A stretch of DNA of 64,000 nt, taken from the NCBI GenBank assembly GCA_002269645.1, contig NIVC01000001.1, forward strand, positions 1,922,001-1,986,000. The letters are read 5' to 3'. The stretch comes from Macrostomum lignano. Its lineage: Eukaryota. Positions 1-11,639 of the stretch are shown here, piece by piece. A program made the position numbers and the translations under genes. Position 1 is the stretch's first letter, and each line of letters starts with the position of its first letter. The notes beneath the pieces were generated by a model. That model ran no database searches and was not told where the DNA came from. It saw only the letters and a program-made list of their open reading frames with translations.

Positions 1-450
1 TCTACCTACCCTCCTCTTACTCTCTACCTACCCTCATCTTACTCTCTACCTACCTTCCTCTTACTCTCTACCTACCCTCCTCTTACTCTCTACCTACCCT
101 CCTCTTACTCTCTACCTACCCTCCTCTTACTCTCTACCTACCCTCCTCTCACTCTCTACCTACCCTCCTCTTACTCTCTACCTACCCTCCTCTCACTCTC
201 TACCTACCCTCCTCTTACTCTCTACCTACCCTCATCTTACTCTCTACCTACCCTCCTCTTACTCTCTACCTACCCTCCTCTCACTCTCTACCTACCCTCA
301 TCTTACTCTCTACCTACCCTCCTCTTACTCTCTACCTACCCTCCTCTTACTCTCTACCTATCCTCATCTTACTCTCTACCTACCCTCCTCTTACTCTCTA
401 CCTACCCTCCTCTTGCTCTCTACCTACTCTCCTCTTCTCTACCTACCCTC
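1..450. repeat. 22-bp minisatellite (TCTACCTACCCTCCTCTTACTC), CDKAL1 intron
   Basis: About 19 direct tandem copies. Confidence 0.95.
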
Positions 451-624
451 CTCTTTCTCATTACTGTCTCATTACACTTCTGCGTAATATTTCTTAATCT
501 TACTTCATCTCTTACCCTTCTGTCACTACCTGTTACTGAATGACCTTCCATCGTCCCCTATATATTTGTGTTTTGCCAGTCCCCACAGCCGCACTCATCT
601 CTGCGCTTGACTGCTTGATTGCAG

Positions 625-3020
625 GCCCCCCGCTGGACATGCCAAAGATTCGCCGCAATCCCCTAATAGAAATTGTGCCAATCAACTCTGGCTGCCTGAA
701 CAGCTGCACCTATTGCAAAACTAAGCACGCCAGGGGCCAGCTGTCCAGCTATCAGCCCGATCAGATTGTACATCGGGTAGCAACCGCCTTCGCCGAGACC
801 CCGGACTGTGGCGGCGGGGCGCGCGAAGTTTGGCTAACTAGCGAAGACACGGGCGCCTACGGCATCGACATCGGTGTCGACCTGCCCAGCCTGCTAGACG
901 CCGTTGTCGACGCCATCCCCAGCGGCGGCATGCTGCGGCTGGGCATGACCAATCCGCCTTACATACTGCGCCACCTGCCCGCCGTGGCCCGCCTGCTGGC
1001 GCACCCCCGCGTGTACTCCTTCCTGCACGTGCCCGTCCAGTCCGGCTCGGACGCTGTGCTGGGCGAGATGCGCCGGGAGTACACTCTGGCCGACTTTTGC
1101 ACTGTTGTTGACTATCTGCGCGACCGGGTGCCCGGCGGGGTTACCATAGCAACTGATGTTATTGCCGGCTTCCCTACGGAAACTGAGGACGACTTTGAGG
1201 CCACGTGTAGGCTTATTGAGAAGTGAGTTATCCAGGATAGTTCTCTGCTCCTGTTCGCGTCTTTTAGTGGGTTGCAGTGCAGTGCTTCTGTCTCCTAGTG
1301 GGTTGTCTGTGCTGTGCTTCTGTCTCCTAGTGGGTTGTCTGTGCTGTGCTTCTGTCTCCTAGTGGGTTGCCTGTGCTGTGCTTCTGTCTCCTAGTGGGTT
1401 GTCTGTGCTGTGCTTCTGTCTCCTAGTGGGTTGCCAGTGCTGTGCTTCTGTCTCCTAGTGGGTTGCCTGTGCTGTGCTTCTGTCTCCTAGTGGGTTGCCA
1501 GTGCTGTGCTTCTGTCTCCTAGTGGATGGCCTCTCCGCTAACCCTTCAGTCTGACATTAATCCACATGCACACTGCCGCCAATGCCGCAGGTACAAATTC
1601 CCTGTGCTGTTCATCAACCAGTTCTTCCCCCGGCCGGGCACCCCGGCGGCCCGGATGCACCGAGAGGCAACGCCGGCCGAAGTGAAAGACCGAACCCGGC
1701 GATTAAACCAGCTGTTCCGCTCCTACACCAGCTATGACGATCAGCTGGGCAGCGTGCAGGTCAGTTTTATTACTAATTTGCTTCTACTGCCACTGTTAGT
1801 AGTCTATAGAGTAAGCATTGAATGGAAGCGTATTAGATTGAATTTTACACATGGGGCTTGGTGCTGGCGCCCCTTGGTGCTGGCGCTCCCATAGACGCCC
1901 CCTGATAAAAAATCCTGACTACATCCCGATGATTCAATACTTCAGAGCGTAGATATTGCTTAGTTAAAACATTAGTTATTAGTTTTGCAATTTCGCCTAT
2001 ATGTATAGCCGCAACCTCACTGGATCAATGAGTCAATAACCCAAATATGTCAAGCGAAATATAGGCGATTTTCATTGGTTTTAAGTAGACGAGAGAATTT
2101 CGCGTTCAATATGCTTAAAGGAAAGCAGTATGCTAAAACCAGAACTTTTTCTTATGACCTATTTATAAGTGTCTAGAGTCTGGGCTTCAAGGTTATTTTC
2201 AATCCAGCTTAGATCTTTGTGTAACTTTCTGCGATTCCGAATAGAGGGGGAGAGAAGAGAGGAAAGGGGAGAGAAAAGAAGAGAGGGAAGAAGAGAGAAA
2301 AGAAGAGGGGGTAGATAAGAGAAGAGAGAGGCGAGGCGAGAGGAGAGGAGACGAGAGGAGAGAGGAGAGGAGAAGAAGAGAAGAGAGGAGAGGGCTGAGA
2401 AGAGATGAGAGGGGAGAGGAGAAGGGAGAGAAGAGAGGAGAGGGGAGAGAAGAGAGGAGAGGGAAGAGAAGAGAGGAGAGGGGAGAGAAGAGAATAGAGG
2501 GGAGGGGAGAGGAGAGGGAAGAGGAGAGGAGATGCGGGGGGAGAAAAGAGAGCTGAGCAGAGACAAAGCTTGAGCGGGCCAGATTGCTATTGTGAAATTT
2601 GAAAAGGATAGCGAGTCTTCTCGGGCCGGATTCAGCCGAGCCTGGCTTATGCACTGTTAACAGTAATCTCCCGCTCGCTCTCCGCAGGACATTCTAGTCA
2701 CCGATGTGTCCCACGATAAGCAGCACTGGGTCGGCCACAATAAGCGATACGAACAGATCCTACTTCCAATGAATCAGAACTGGCTGGGCCGGTGGGTCCG
2801 GGTTCGAATCTTGGCCACGGGAAAGCATCACATGATGGCCGAACCGGTGGACTGCTCGTTTAATAGGAGTAGCTCAGCAGCTGGCGGAGCTCGACTGCAA
2901 CCGGCTGTGAGCAGCTCGAGCACCGGGCACCTGCTGCTGCTGTCTGCTGGCTTCGCCCTGCTGTCGGGCTGCTTGCTGGCCTACAGACTGTCCAGGGGGA
3001 GGACCGCTCTGCCCTGCTAG
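625..3020 (+). CDS. CDKAL1: Threonylcarbamoyladenosine tRNA methylthiotransferase CDKAL1 (radical SAM + TRAM + C-terminal TM), 5'-partial; exons 625-1222, 1591-1759, 2688-3020
   Basis: Radical SAM motif [74 protein letters not shown]-like [11 protein letters not shown]...GKHHM and a hydrophobic tail. Phase-compatible GT-AG junctions (AA|gtgagt..cag|G; CAG|gtcagt..cag|GAC). Upstream exons lie outside the window. Confidence 0.95.
1250..1525. repeat. 32-bp minisatellite, CDKAL1 intron
   Basis: GTGGGTTGTCTGTGCTGTGCTTCTGTCTCCTA tandem copies. Confidence 0.9.
1851..1930 (+). mobile_element. Decayed 3' end of the hAT-type element seen at 48640-49386
   Basis: CTGGCGCCCC..CCCCTGATAAAAAATCCTGACTACATCCC versus intact CTGGCGCCCC..CCCCAATCAAAATTCCTGGCTACGCCCCTG. 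Confidence 0.5.
2240..2565. repeat. GA-rich low-complexity tract
   Basis: Almost pure purine tract inside CDKAL1 intron. Confidence 0.85.
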
Positions 3021-3083
3021 ACTGGCTGGCTGACGCTGAGACACTTAAAAAACAGGCACTTACGAGTAAAACCTCAAGACACG

Positions 3084-3615
<532 letters not shown>

Positions 3616-4194
3616 TGCAACAAACAGATACAAAGAATGACTGCCAGAAGGAAGCTGGCAGAGGCAGATGAGGCAGAGACTGTTCTGTAATATCCGAGTA
3701 TCCACTCAATTCTCTTGAACTCCATGCCATGCCCGCGCAGCTATACAAGCCCAATGTAGCTGTTTGATAAACAATTTTCTCTCTATTTTTCGTTTCCTGG
3801 TGTGCCTTTTGATTTAATTTATTTACTATTGCTAATGCTAATCTTGTGTCCTTTAATTCGCGTGCTCGTTCTCTATAATTATAGTTCGGTTAACCTTGAA
3901 GTGAACTCTGTTCTGCGCAGAGCTTGATGTGCGCAGTTTGGAGTTTAAAAGCGAAAGAAGAGAAGAAATGGAGACGAAGATCGAATATAGCATACTCGAG
4001 GGCGTTTTAGCTGAGCATTGTGTATTCTTGTTGCTGCCCTAGCTCGGCAAGTGCTGAAAATTTCATTGCTCGCTTTATGTTTTGCTTTTCTCTTTTAGTA
4101 GTTGTGTGCCAGACGTTGCAAACCCGTTTTTTGGGGTATTGCGCATTTTTTACGATAAAAAGCACTGGGGTCGCCAAAGCTTTATTTTGATATC

Positions 4195-4645
4195 ACTTTG
4201 ATTCCTGGCATCTGAGCAATTCCCCTTTTGAGTCCTGGTATCTGAGCAATTCCCCCTTTGAGTCCAGGCATCTGAGTAATTCCCCTTTTGAGTCCTGGCA
4301 TCTGAGCAATTCCCCCTTTGAGTCCTGGCATCTGAGCAATTCCCCCTTTGAGTCCTGGCATCTGAGCAATTCCCCCTTTGAGTCCTGGTATCTGAGCAAT
4401 CCCCCCTTTGAGTCCTGGTATCTGAGCAGTTCCCCCTTTGAGTCCTGGCACCTGAGCAATCCCCCCTTTGAGTCCTGGTATCTGAGCAGTTCCCCCTTTG
4501 AGTCCTGGCACCTGAGCAATCCCCCCTTTGAGTCTTGGTATCTGAGCAGTTCCCCCTTTGAGTCCTGGTATCTGAGCAATCCCCCCTTTGAGTCCTGGCA
4601 TCTGAGCAGTTCCCCCTTTGAGTCCTGGCATCTGAGCAATTCCCC
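4195..4645. repeat. 30-bp minisatellite (GAGTCCTGGCATCTGAGCAATTCCCCCTTT)
   Basis: About 15 tandem copies. Confidence 0.95.
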
Positions 4646-5780
4646 TGCACAAGAACGGCGCAGTCATGCAGTGCCGTGTAAAGGTCGAGCTGTACTGCAC
4701 AAGAACGGCGCAGTCATGCAGTGCCGTGTAAAGGTCGAGCTGTACTGCACAAGAACGCCGCACTCATGCAGTGCCGTGTAAAGGTCGAGCTGTACTGCAC
4801 AAGAACGCCGCACTCATGCAGTGCCGTGTAAAGGTCGAGCTGTACTGCACAAGAACGGCACACTCATGCAGTGCCGTGTAAAGGTCGAGCTGTACTGCAC
4901 AAGAACAGCGCAGTCATGCAGTGCCGTGTAAAGGTCGAGCTGTACTGCACAAGAACAGCGCAGTCATGCAGTGCCGTGTAAAGGTCGAGCTGTACTGTAC
5001 AAGAACAGCGCAGTCATGCAGTGCCGTGTAAAGGTCGAGCTGTACTGCACAAGAACGGCACACTCATGCAGTGCCGTGTAAAGGTCGAGCTGTACTGCAC
5101 AAGAACGGCACACTCATGCAGTGCCGTGTAAAGGTCGAGCTGTACTGCACAAGAACGGCACACTCATGCAGTGCCGTGTAAAGGTCGAGCTGTACTGCAC
5201 AAGAACGGCACACTCATGCAGTGCCGTGTAAAGGTCGAGCTGTACTGCACAAGAACGGCACACTCATGCAGTGCCGTGTAAAGGTCGAGCTGTACTGCAC
5301 AAGAACGCCGCACTCATGCAGTGCCGTGTAAAGGTCGAGCTGTACTGCACAAGAACGGCACACTCGTGCAGTGCCGTGTAAAGGTCGAGCTGTACTGCAC
5401 AAGAACAGCGCAGTCATGCAGTGCCGTGTAAAGGTCGAGCTGTACTGCACAAGAACAGCGCAGTCATGCAGTGCCGTGTAAAGGTCGAGCTGTACTGCAC
5501 AAGAACGGCACACTCATGCAGTGCCGTGTAAAGGTCGAGCTGTACTGTACAAGAACGGCACACTCATGCAGTGCTGTATAAAGGTCGAGCTGTACTGCAC
5601 AAGAACGGCACACTCATGCAGTGCTGTATAAAGGTCGAGCTGTACTGCACAAGAACGGCACACTCATGCAGTGCTGTATAAAGGTCGAGCTGTACTGCAC
5701 AAGAACGGCACACTCATGCAGTGCTGTATAAAGGTCGAGCTGTACTGCACAAGAACAGCGCAGTCATGCAGTGCTGTACT
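4646..5780. repeat. 50-bp minisatellite (TGCACAAGAACGGCACACTCATGCAGTGCCGTGTAAAGGTCGAGCTGTAC)
   Basis: About 22 tandem copies, directly abutting the 30-bp array. Confidence 0.95.
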
Positions 5781-6619
5781 GCACAAAACTGGAAAGCTGG
5801 CTACAGGCAAGAAAAACAGATTAGAAAACTCGCCACCGCTCGGAAGAACAACAGAAAGCCTGAGATGATATTGAAAAACGGCAGGAACAATTCTAAGAAC
5901 TAAGGCAGCTGGTTCTAGCAAGTCAAAATAGACTGCAATTGTGTCCTCTGGTGCGAAATATTCTAGCTCGTAATTGCTAGGGCGGGCAAGTTCTGACGAA
6001 CTCCACAGAATTGTCTTCGCTGTGTGTGCAATACGCAGAACATCCACTGCGCTTGGTAAACACTTCGACTGTTTGAGTAGATTTTGTTTGCTCAGCTCCA
6101 GCCTAGTCTGGCGATCAGCAGTATTCGAATTCATTGCCGAATATTTATTTAGCTCGGTTTAAATTCTGTACAGAGGCTATGGAATGTGTTGATAGTTCAC
6201 ACGCGGTTTCTTAGAATGCAAAGCACTCACCGCTTGCTGTTCGTCTAGAACCGGAATTGAGAATTTCGTAGCATTTCGCGGTCTACATAACGCAGCAACA
6301 AAATAATTTACCGCAAGTCGGCAGAAGCCACACAGCAGCTGCAGCCAAGTCTTGGTCATAGACGTATAAATTAACGCTTTTAAAGGCTATGCTTAGTTTA
6401 GTTTGGCGTTTCAATGCTTGGACGTTGCACGCAAAAGAATGGTACTATAAAGATTATAAAAATGTATCTGTGCAAAAACCTGTCGAAATAGAATGTAACT
6501 TTGTTTCTTTTGAATTTCAAATCTGCGCGTGCGCAAGGAAGCCTCTATGCTTGCTTCACCCCTCAGGAAGCGACACTCCTCAAGAAGACCATAGTTTTTG
6601 AGACTAAACTTGTACACAT

Positions 6620-6935
6620 TTAAGAGAGTAGAGATGAGGGGGGGAGAGGGAGAGGGAAAAGCGAGAGAAGAAGGGAGAAAGTAGAGAGATGAGAGAAGAG
6701 ATCGAATGGATCAAAGAGTAGAGAGGAAAGTAATGAGGACAAAGCAGAGTAGAGATGAGAGTGCAGAGACGAGAGAGGAGAGAAGAGGGATGAGAGTAGA
6801 GGAGAGAGAAGACAAGAGAAACGAGGAGAGATAATTGAGGGAAGAGGAAGGAGACACAAAACGAGATGATAGATAAGATGAGAAAGGAGAGGAGAGAGGA
6901 AGACGAGAAGAGTGCGGAGAGAGCAGAGGAAGATG
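6620..6935. repeat. GA-rich low-complexity tract
   Basis: Purine-rich imperfect GAGA/GAGAA repeats. Confidence 0.8.
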
Positions 6936-8371
6936 GGACTCCGGTCATGGGATTCAGGTGATGGATTTCAGGAAATGGAATTCTGGCGATGGGAGTTCTG
7001 TCCCATTTCTCCTCCATAGGAGTTCCACTCGTTACTTATACAGCTGCGATTGCGGCTTGACAATTTTTATCATAGATGGCATGCCTTTAGTTTGCGCTAG
7101 CAGGTTTGATTGAGTGTTCAGTCTTTCTTTTAGACTTTTTCGATTGTACGCTCGTATAGCTTCTGACTCAGGTTTCAAGTTGGGCCAGCTTCTATAAGTT
7201 TTTAGTTTTTATAAACACTGTTTATCTTCAGTGTGAACTACCAGCACGATTTTCCAGCTGGAAGGATGTCACTGTAAATGAGATGTACAGGTGCACAGAT
7301 GCACACGTACTTGAAAGGAATCCAAGCCGTACTTGACGTACTTGAAACAAATTATAATAGAATTTAGAGATTTAGTATAGTTGAATGGACTGAATGCCCG
7401 TAGAGATTATAGCACAAACTTCTAGTTGTGACAAGGGTTAAGAAACAAGAATGTTTTGAAAAGGTTTTGCGTTTCTTTTGACAAAAATATTCTTTAGCAA
7501 ATCTCGCCTATGCGAATGTTATTGAAGTGACACTCCCTATTGAGAACTCGAAAGGTTGTCCCGAAGTGCAACATTGTATATAGAAATTAATGGATAATAT
7601 TAAATAGAAGCCAGATGCATTACCGATAATATTCACGAATTTCTGTCCAAAAAACAACAAAAAATAAATGAACAAGCTATAAACTACGCACGATTAAACA
7701 ATGAAACAGCAATTAACTATCGCAGAGGAAAATTAGTATCAGTCACAGAATAACAAAACTTTGTAAATTGTTTAATAAAAAGATTTTTCGCAAAAATTTT
7801 AAGCGATCGGTCGTCATTCTAAATCAAAACGCCAATCTATTCTACTAGAACTAGATTTAATTATAACAGCGATCTCTACTGTGTTAGCAGCAAATACATG
7901 ACCACATTGGTTACAACAGAAAGAGAAAAGAAACAACAAAGCAAGACATGAAGAAGACATGAAAAAGCAAACTTATTGCAGCGAGAAGATTGACAATAAC
8001 TAATTGCCAATCAATGAGAATTGCTACAGAGCTGAAACGCAGAGAGCAATTGTGCAAATCTACACGAAAAATCTCAGAGGTGCAACTCCTGTAACGTACG
8101 CCTGTGTGTATGCGGACTAGGCCTTGCGCTCGCGAAACAGCTATCATTATTGGGGTGACTTTAGCACTGTCTCGTAGTATTGAATAGATTAATATAAATC
8201 GCAATAGATAATTACTGGGCGGGGCAAATCAAATATCGGTTACAAAATTCAAAGCTATAAAAGGTCGATCTCATGATATGGAATTAGATTTGGAATATCG
8301 TCAGGAAAGCAAAAAGTCACAGCTGACACCCACTCCCTTCTGTACTTTCCTTATTGATAGCGCCGAACCCC

Positions 8372-9575
8372 TCACACCCCATTCTGCCCTACCCCTGATT
8401 GCGTGAAAACCCTCACACCCACCCCATTCTGTCCTTCCACCCCTGATTGCGTGGAAACCCTCACACCCAGCCCATTCTGTCCTTCCACCCCTGATTGCGT
8501 GGAAACCCTCACACCCACCCCATTCTGTCCTTCCACCCCTGAATGCGCGGAAACTCTCACACCCACCCCATTCTGTCCTTCCACCCCTGATTGCGCGGAA
8601 ACCCTCACACCCACCCCATTCTGTCCTTCCACCCCTGAACGCGCGGAAACCCTCACACCCACCCCATTCTGTCCTTCCACCCCTGAATGCGTGGAAACCC
8701 TCACACCCACCCCATTCTGTCCTTCCACCCCTGAATGCGTGGAAACCCTCACACCCACCCCATTCTGTCTTTCCACCCCTGAATGCGCGGAAACCCTCAC
8801 ACCCACCCCATTCTGTCCTTCCACCCCTGAACGCGCGGAAACCCTCACACCCACCCCATTCTGTCCTTCCACCCCTGAATGCGTGGAAACCCTCACACCC
8901 ACCCCATTCTGTCCTTCCACCCCTGAATGCGTGGAAACCCTCACACCCACCCCATTCTGTCCTTCCACCCCTGAATGCGCGGAAACCCTCACACCCACCC
9001 CATTCTGTCCTTCCACCCCTGAATGCGCGGAAACCCTCACACCCACCCCATTCTGTCCTTCCACCCCTGAATGCGCGGAAACTCTCACACCCACCCCATT
9101 CTGTCCTTCCACCCCTGAATGCGTGGAAACCCTCACACCCACCCCATTCTGTCCTTCCACCCCTGAATGCGCGGAAACCCTCACACCCACCCCATTCTGT
9201 CCTTCCACCCTGAATGCGCGGAAACCCTCACACCCACCCCATTCTGTCCTTCCACCCCTGAATGCGCGGAAACTCTCACACCCACCCCATTCTGTCCTTC
9301 CACCCCTGAATGCGCGGAAACCCTCACACCCACCCCATTCTGTCCTTCCACCCCTGAATGCGCGGAAACTCTCACACCCACCCCATTCTGTCCTTCCACC
9401 CCTGAATGCGCGGAAACCCTCACACCCACCCCATTCTGTCCTTCCACCCCTGAATGCGCGGAAACTCTCACACCCACCCCATTCTGTCCTTCCACCCCTG
9501 AATGCAGGGAAACCCTCACACCCACCCCATTCTGCTTTTCCAACCCTGATAGCGGCGAACGCCTCACACCCACTC
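8372..9575. repeat. 48-bp minisatellite (GGAAACCCTCACACCCACCCCATTCTGTCCTTCCACCCCTGAATGCGC)
   Basis: About 24 copies with degenerate edge copies. A single-base deletion near 9208 shifts the artefactual ORFs. Confidence 0.95.
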
Positions 9576-9913
9576 CGTTAAACTCTACTCCGGCGAAATC
9601 CTACAAAATAGTTAATAATAAAGGAATGCTTAGTAAAAGACGGGTAGGAGGATCGCGCAAGATACAAAAAATTCTACGAGCGTAATGTCATGGGCGTCTA
9701 AACTAAGGTACAAATATTGACAGATATAGCAAAAATCAAATATAAAATGACAAATCAAAGAAAGAATCTCAGTTCGACACAACCCACAACGAAATCTAGA
9801 CGTACAGCCGAGATGACAAGTTCTAAGGAACCTGTTGCTACAGAAACGCGCCATCGCTTGGTGGCTAAACAACAGTAACTTTAAAAATATTCCGAAATGA
9901 CGATAATTATTAT

Positions 9914-11588
9914 TCAAGGCTCCGAGGTGTTCAACAGCAGGCGACCGTTGTTACCAGGCGAGTCGCCGATGAGCACACCGGAGGCGTCGAATTCCGTGTC
10001 GCTTTCCTCAAGATCTGACATGTCGCCATTGTTGCTGCTAGACTTAATTAGGCGCTCCATGCTCACCTCGCGGTGCTGACCGCCAGAGGCGCCCAAGCTG
10101 GCGCCTTTGCCATGGTAGCGGCCCAGAATGAGAGCTAGGCAGAGCTGCAGAAAGAACACGCCAAACATGTGCCAGCCGAATATTATTGTGGCTATCATCA
10201 CGTTGGCGTGCATGTCGCCCTGCTCAAACTGCTTCAGGCCAGGCAGCGGAGGGTATAGCATGGCGCCAACCTGAGGCCAGGTGAGCGGGTGAGAAAAACT
10301 TAGCACATTATAAAGTCAAACAATTATTAGACAAATCGACTCTCACCTGAATGAACCAGGTGCCCTGTAGGCCAACAAAGAAGCAGCGCGAAAGACTGGC
10401 TACAATTGAATTTTGAAACTTCATCTCCAGCATCAGAGAGAGTACGCAGGCCCAAACAACGTAAACTAGCAGGGTGTGCACAACAATGTCCACCTGGAAC
10501 ATATAAAGTTACAAGCGTTGTCTGATATTGTAAACCAATTTAACTGTTATCTGTTGTATTTAACACAACTTGGAAGACACCCACCATCCCACGCCTCCTG
10601 CTTACCTTTTCTACCCTGTCAGACACCCACCACCTCATGCCTCCTGCTTATCATTCCTACCCTGCAGACAACCACCACCTCACGCCTCCTGCTTATCATT
10701 CCTACCCTGCAGACACCCACCACCTCACGTCTCCTGCTTATCATTCCTACCCTGCAGACACCCACCACCTCATGCCTCCTGCTTATCATTCCTACCCTGC
10801 AGACAACCACCACCTCACGTCTCCTGCTTATCATTCCTACCCTGCAGACACCCACCACCTCACGCCTCCTGCTTATCATTCCTACCCTGCAGACACCCAC
10901 CACCTCACGCCTCCTGCTTATCATTCCTACCCTGTCAGACACCCCACCACCCCACGCTTTCTTTTGTCTTTTCTCTAATCAACTGCGATGAATAAAAGTG
11001 CTGAAACTTGGGAAGATATAATTACACTAACCTTAGTGCGGCCATGCAAGTGGAACATAAATAGTACACCTTCTACAGCAAAGCATAGAGCGCTAAACAC
11101 GTAATCTGTGTACTTTGGCAATGGGGCCTTGCAGTGCATAAGTAGGTCAATAATGCCAGAGAATCCGAACACAGAAAACATAGTAGCATGCTGGCCGTTT
11201 CCAATGTGGACAAACGATCCAGTCTGATGATCAATACCAGTCACAATCTCGCCAATAAGGCCTACAGTGCAGCAGGTCACCTGGTTGAAAAAAAATTCAG
11301 CTCATGAATTAGAAAACTTGTCAGCAATATTACTGAATAGTAGGCTTATGTTAGTGGCGTATATTTGCATAAATATGCAGCACTTATTACCTTCAAGACG
11401 CCCTCCCATTGAAAGCTACTACAGCAGCCAGGCCGACAGCAGATGCAGGAATATGTGGCAGTTGACTGATAGGCAGGGCCCTTTCTATACTTGGCACGGT
11501 AGTATCTATTCAGCATTGCAAAAGTCCACCAGATAGAGAAACCCAGGAAAAATGAACCTGGTAGAAAATGGCCCATAAAGGTACCCAT
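9914..11588 (-). CDS. TMEM45: TMEM45-family (DUF716) multipass membrane protein; exons 11588-11391, 11280-11032, 10493-10347, 10270-9914
   Basis: MGTFMGHFLPGSFF start, GQHATMFSVFGFSGIIDLL, FAVEGVLFMFHLHGR, LQGTWFIQ|VG, IFGWH motifs match the TMEM45A/B family. All four exons join in phase 0 with GT-AG sites. Confidence 0.92.
10575..10955. repeat. 42-bp minisatellite, TMEM45 intron 2
   Basis: CCTCCTGCTTATCATTCCTACCCTGCAGACACCCACCACCTC-type unit, about 9 copies. Confidence 0.92.
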
Positions 11589-11639
11589 AATGATGGCTAG
11601 TTAAGCTGAAAAATAAATATGAATTGCATTAGTTATATC

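Noticed and set aside
4195-5780. CRISPR-like appearance of 30-50-bp repeats
   Set aside because: Units are head-to-tail with no unique spacers, no cas genes, and the context is eukaryotic.
5785-6360. Possible decayed coding frame or minus-strand exon (GCG|GTGAGT at about 6230)
   Set aside because: Stop density is about random expectation, no recognisable homology, and no compatible neighbouring exon.
8372-9685. Mucin-like PT-rich ORFs (ETLTPTPFCPSTPECA)n
   Set aside because: Near-perfect 48-bp DNA repeat with a frame-breaking deletion, no signal peptide and no codon-position bias in variants.
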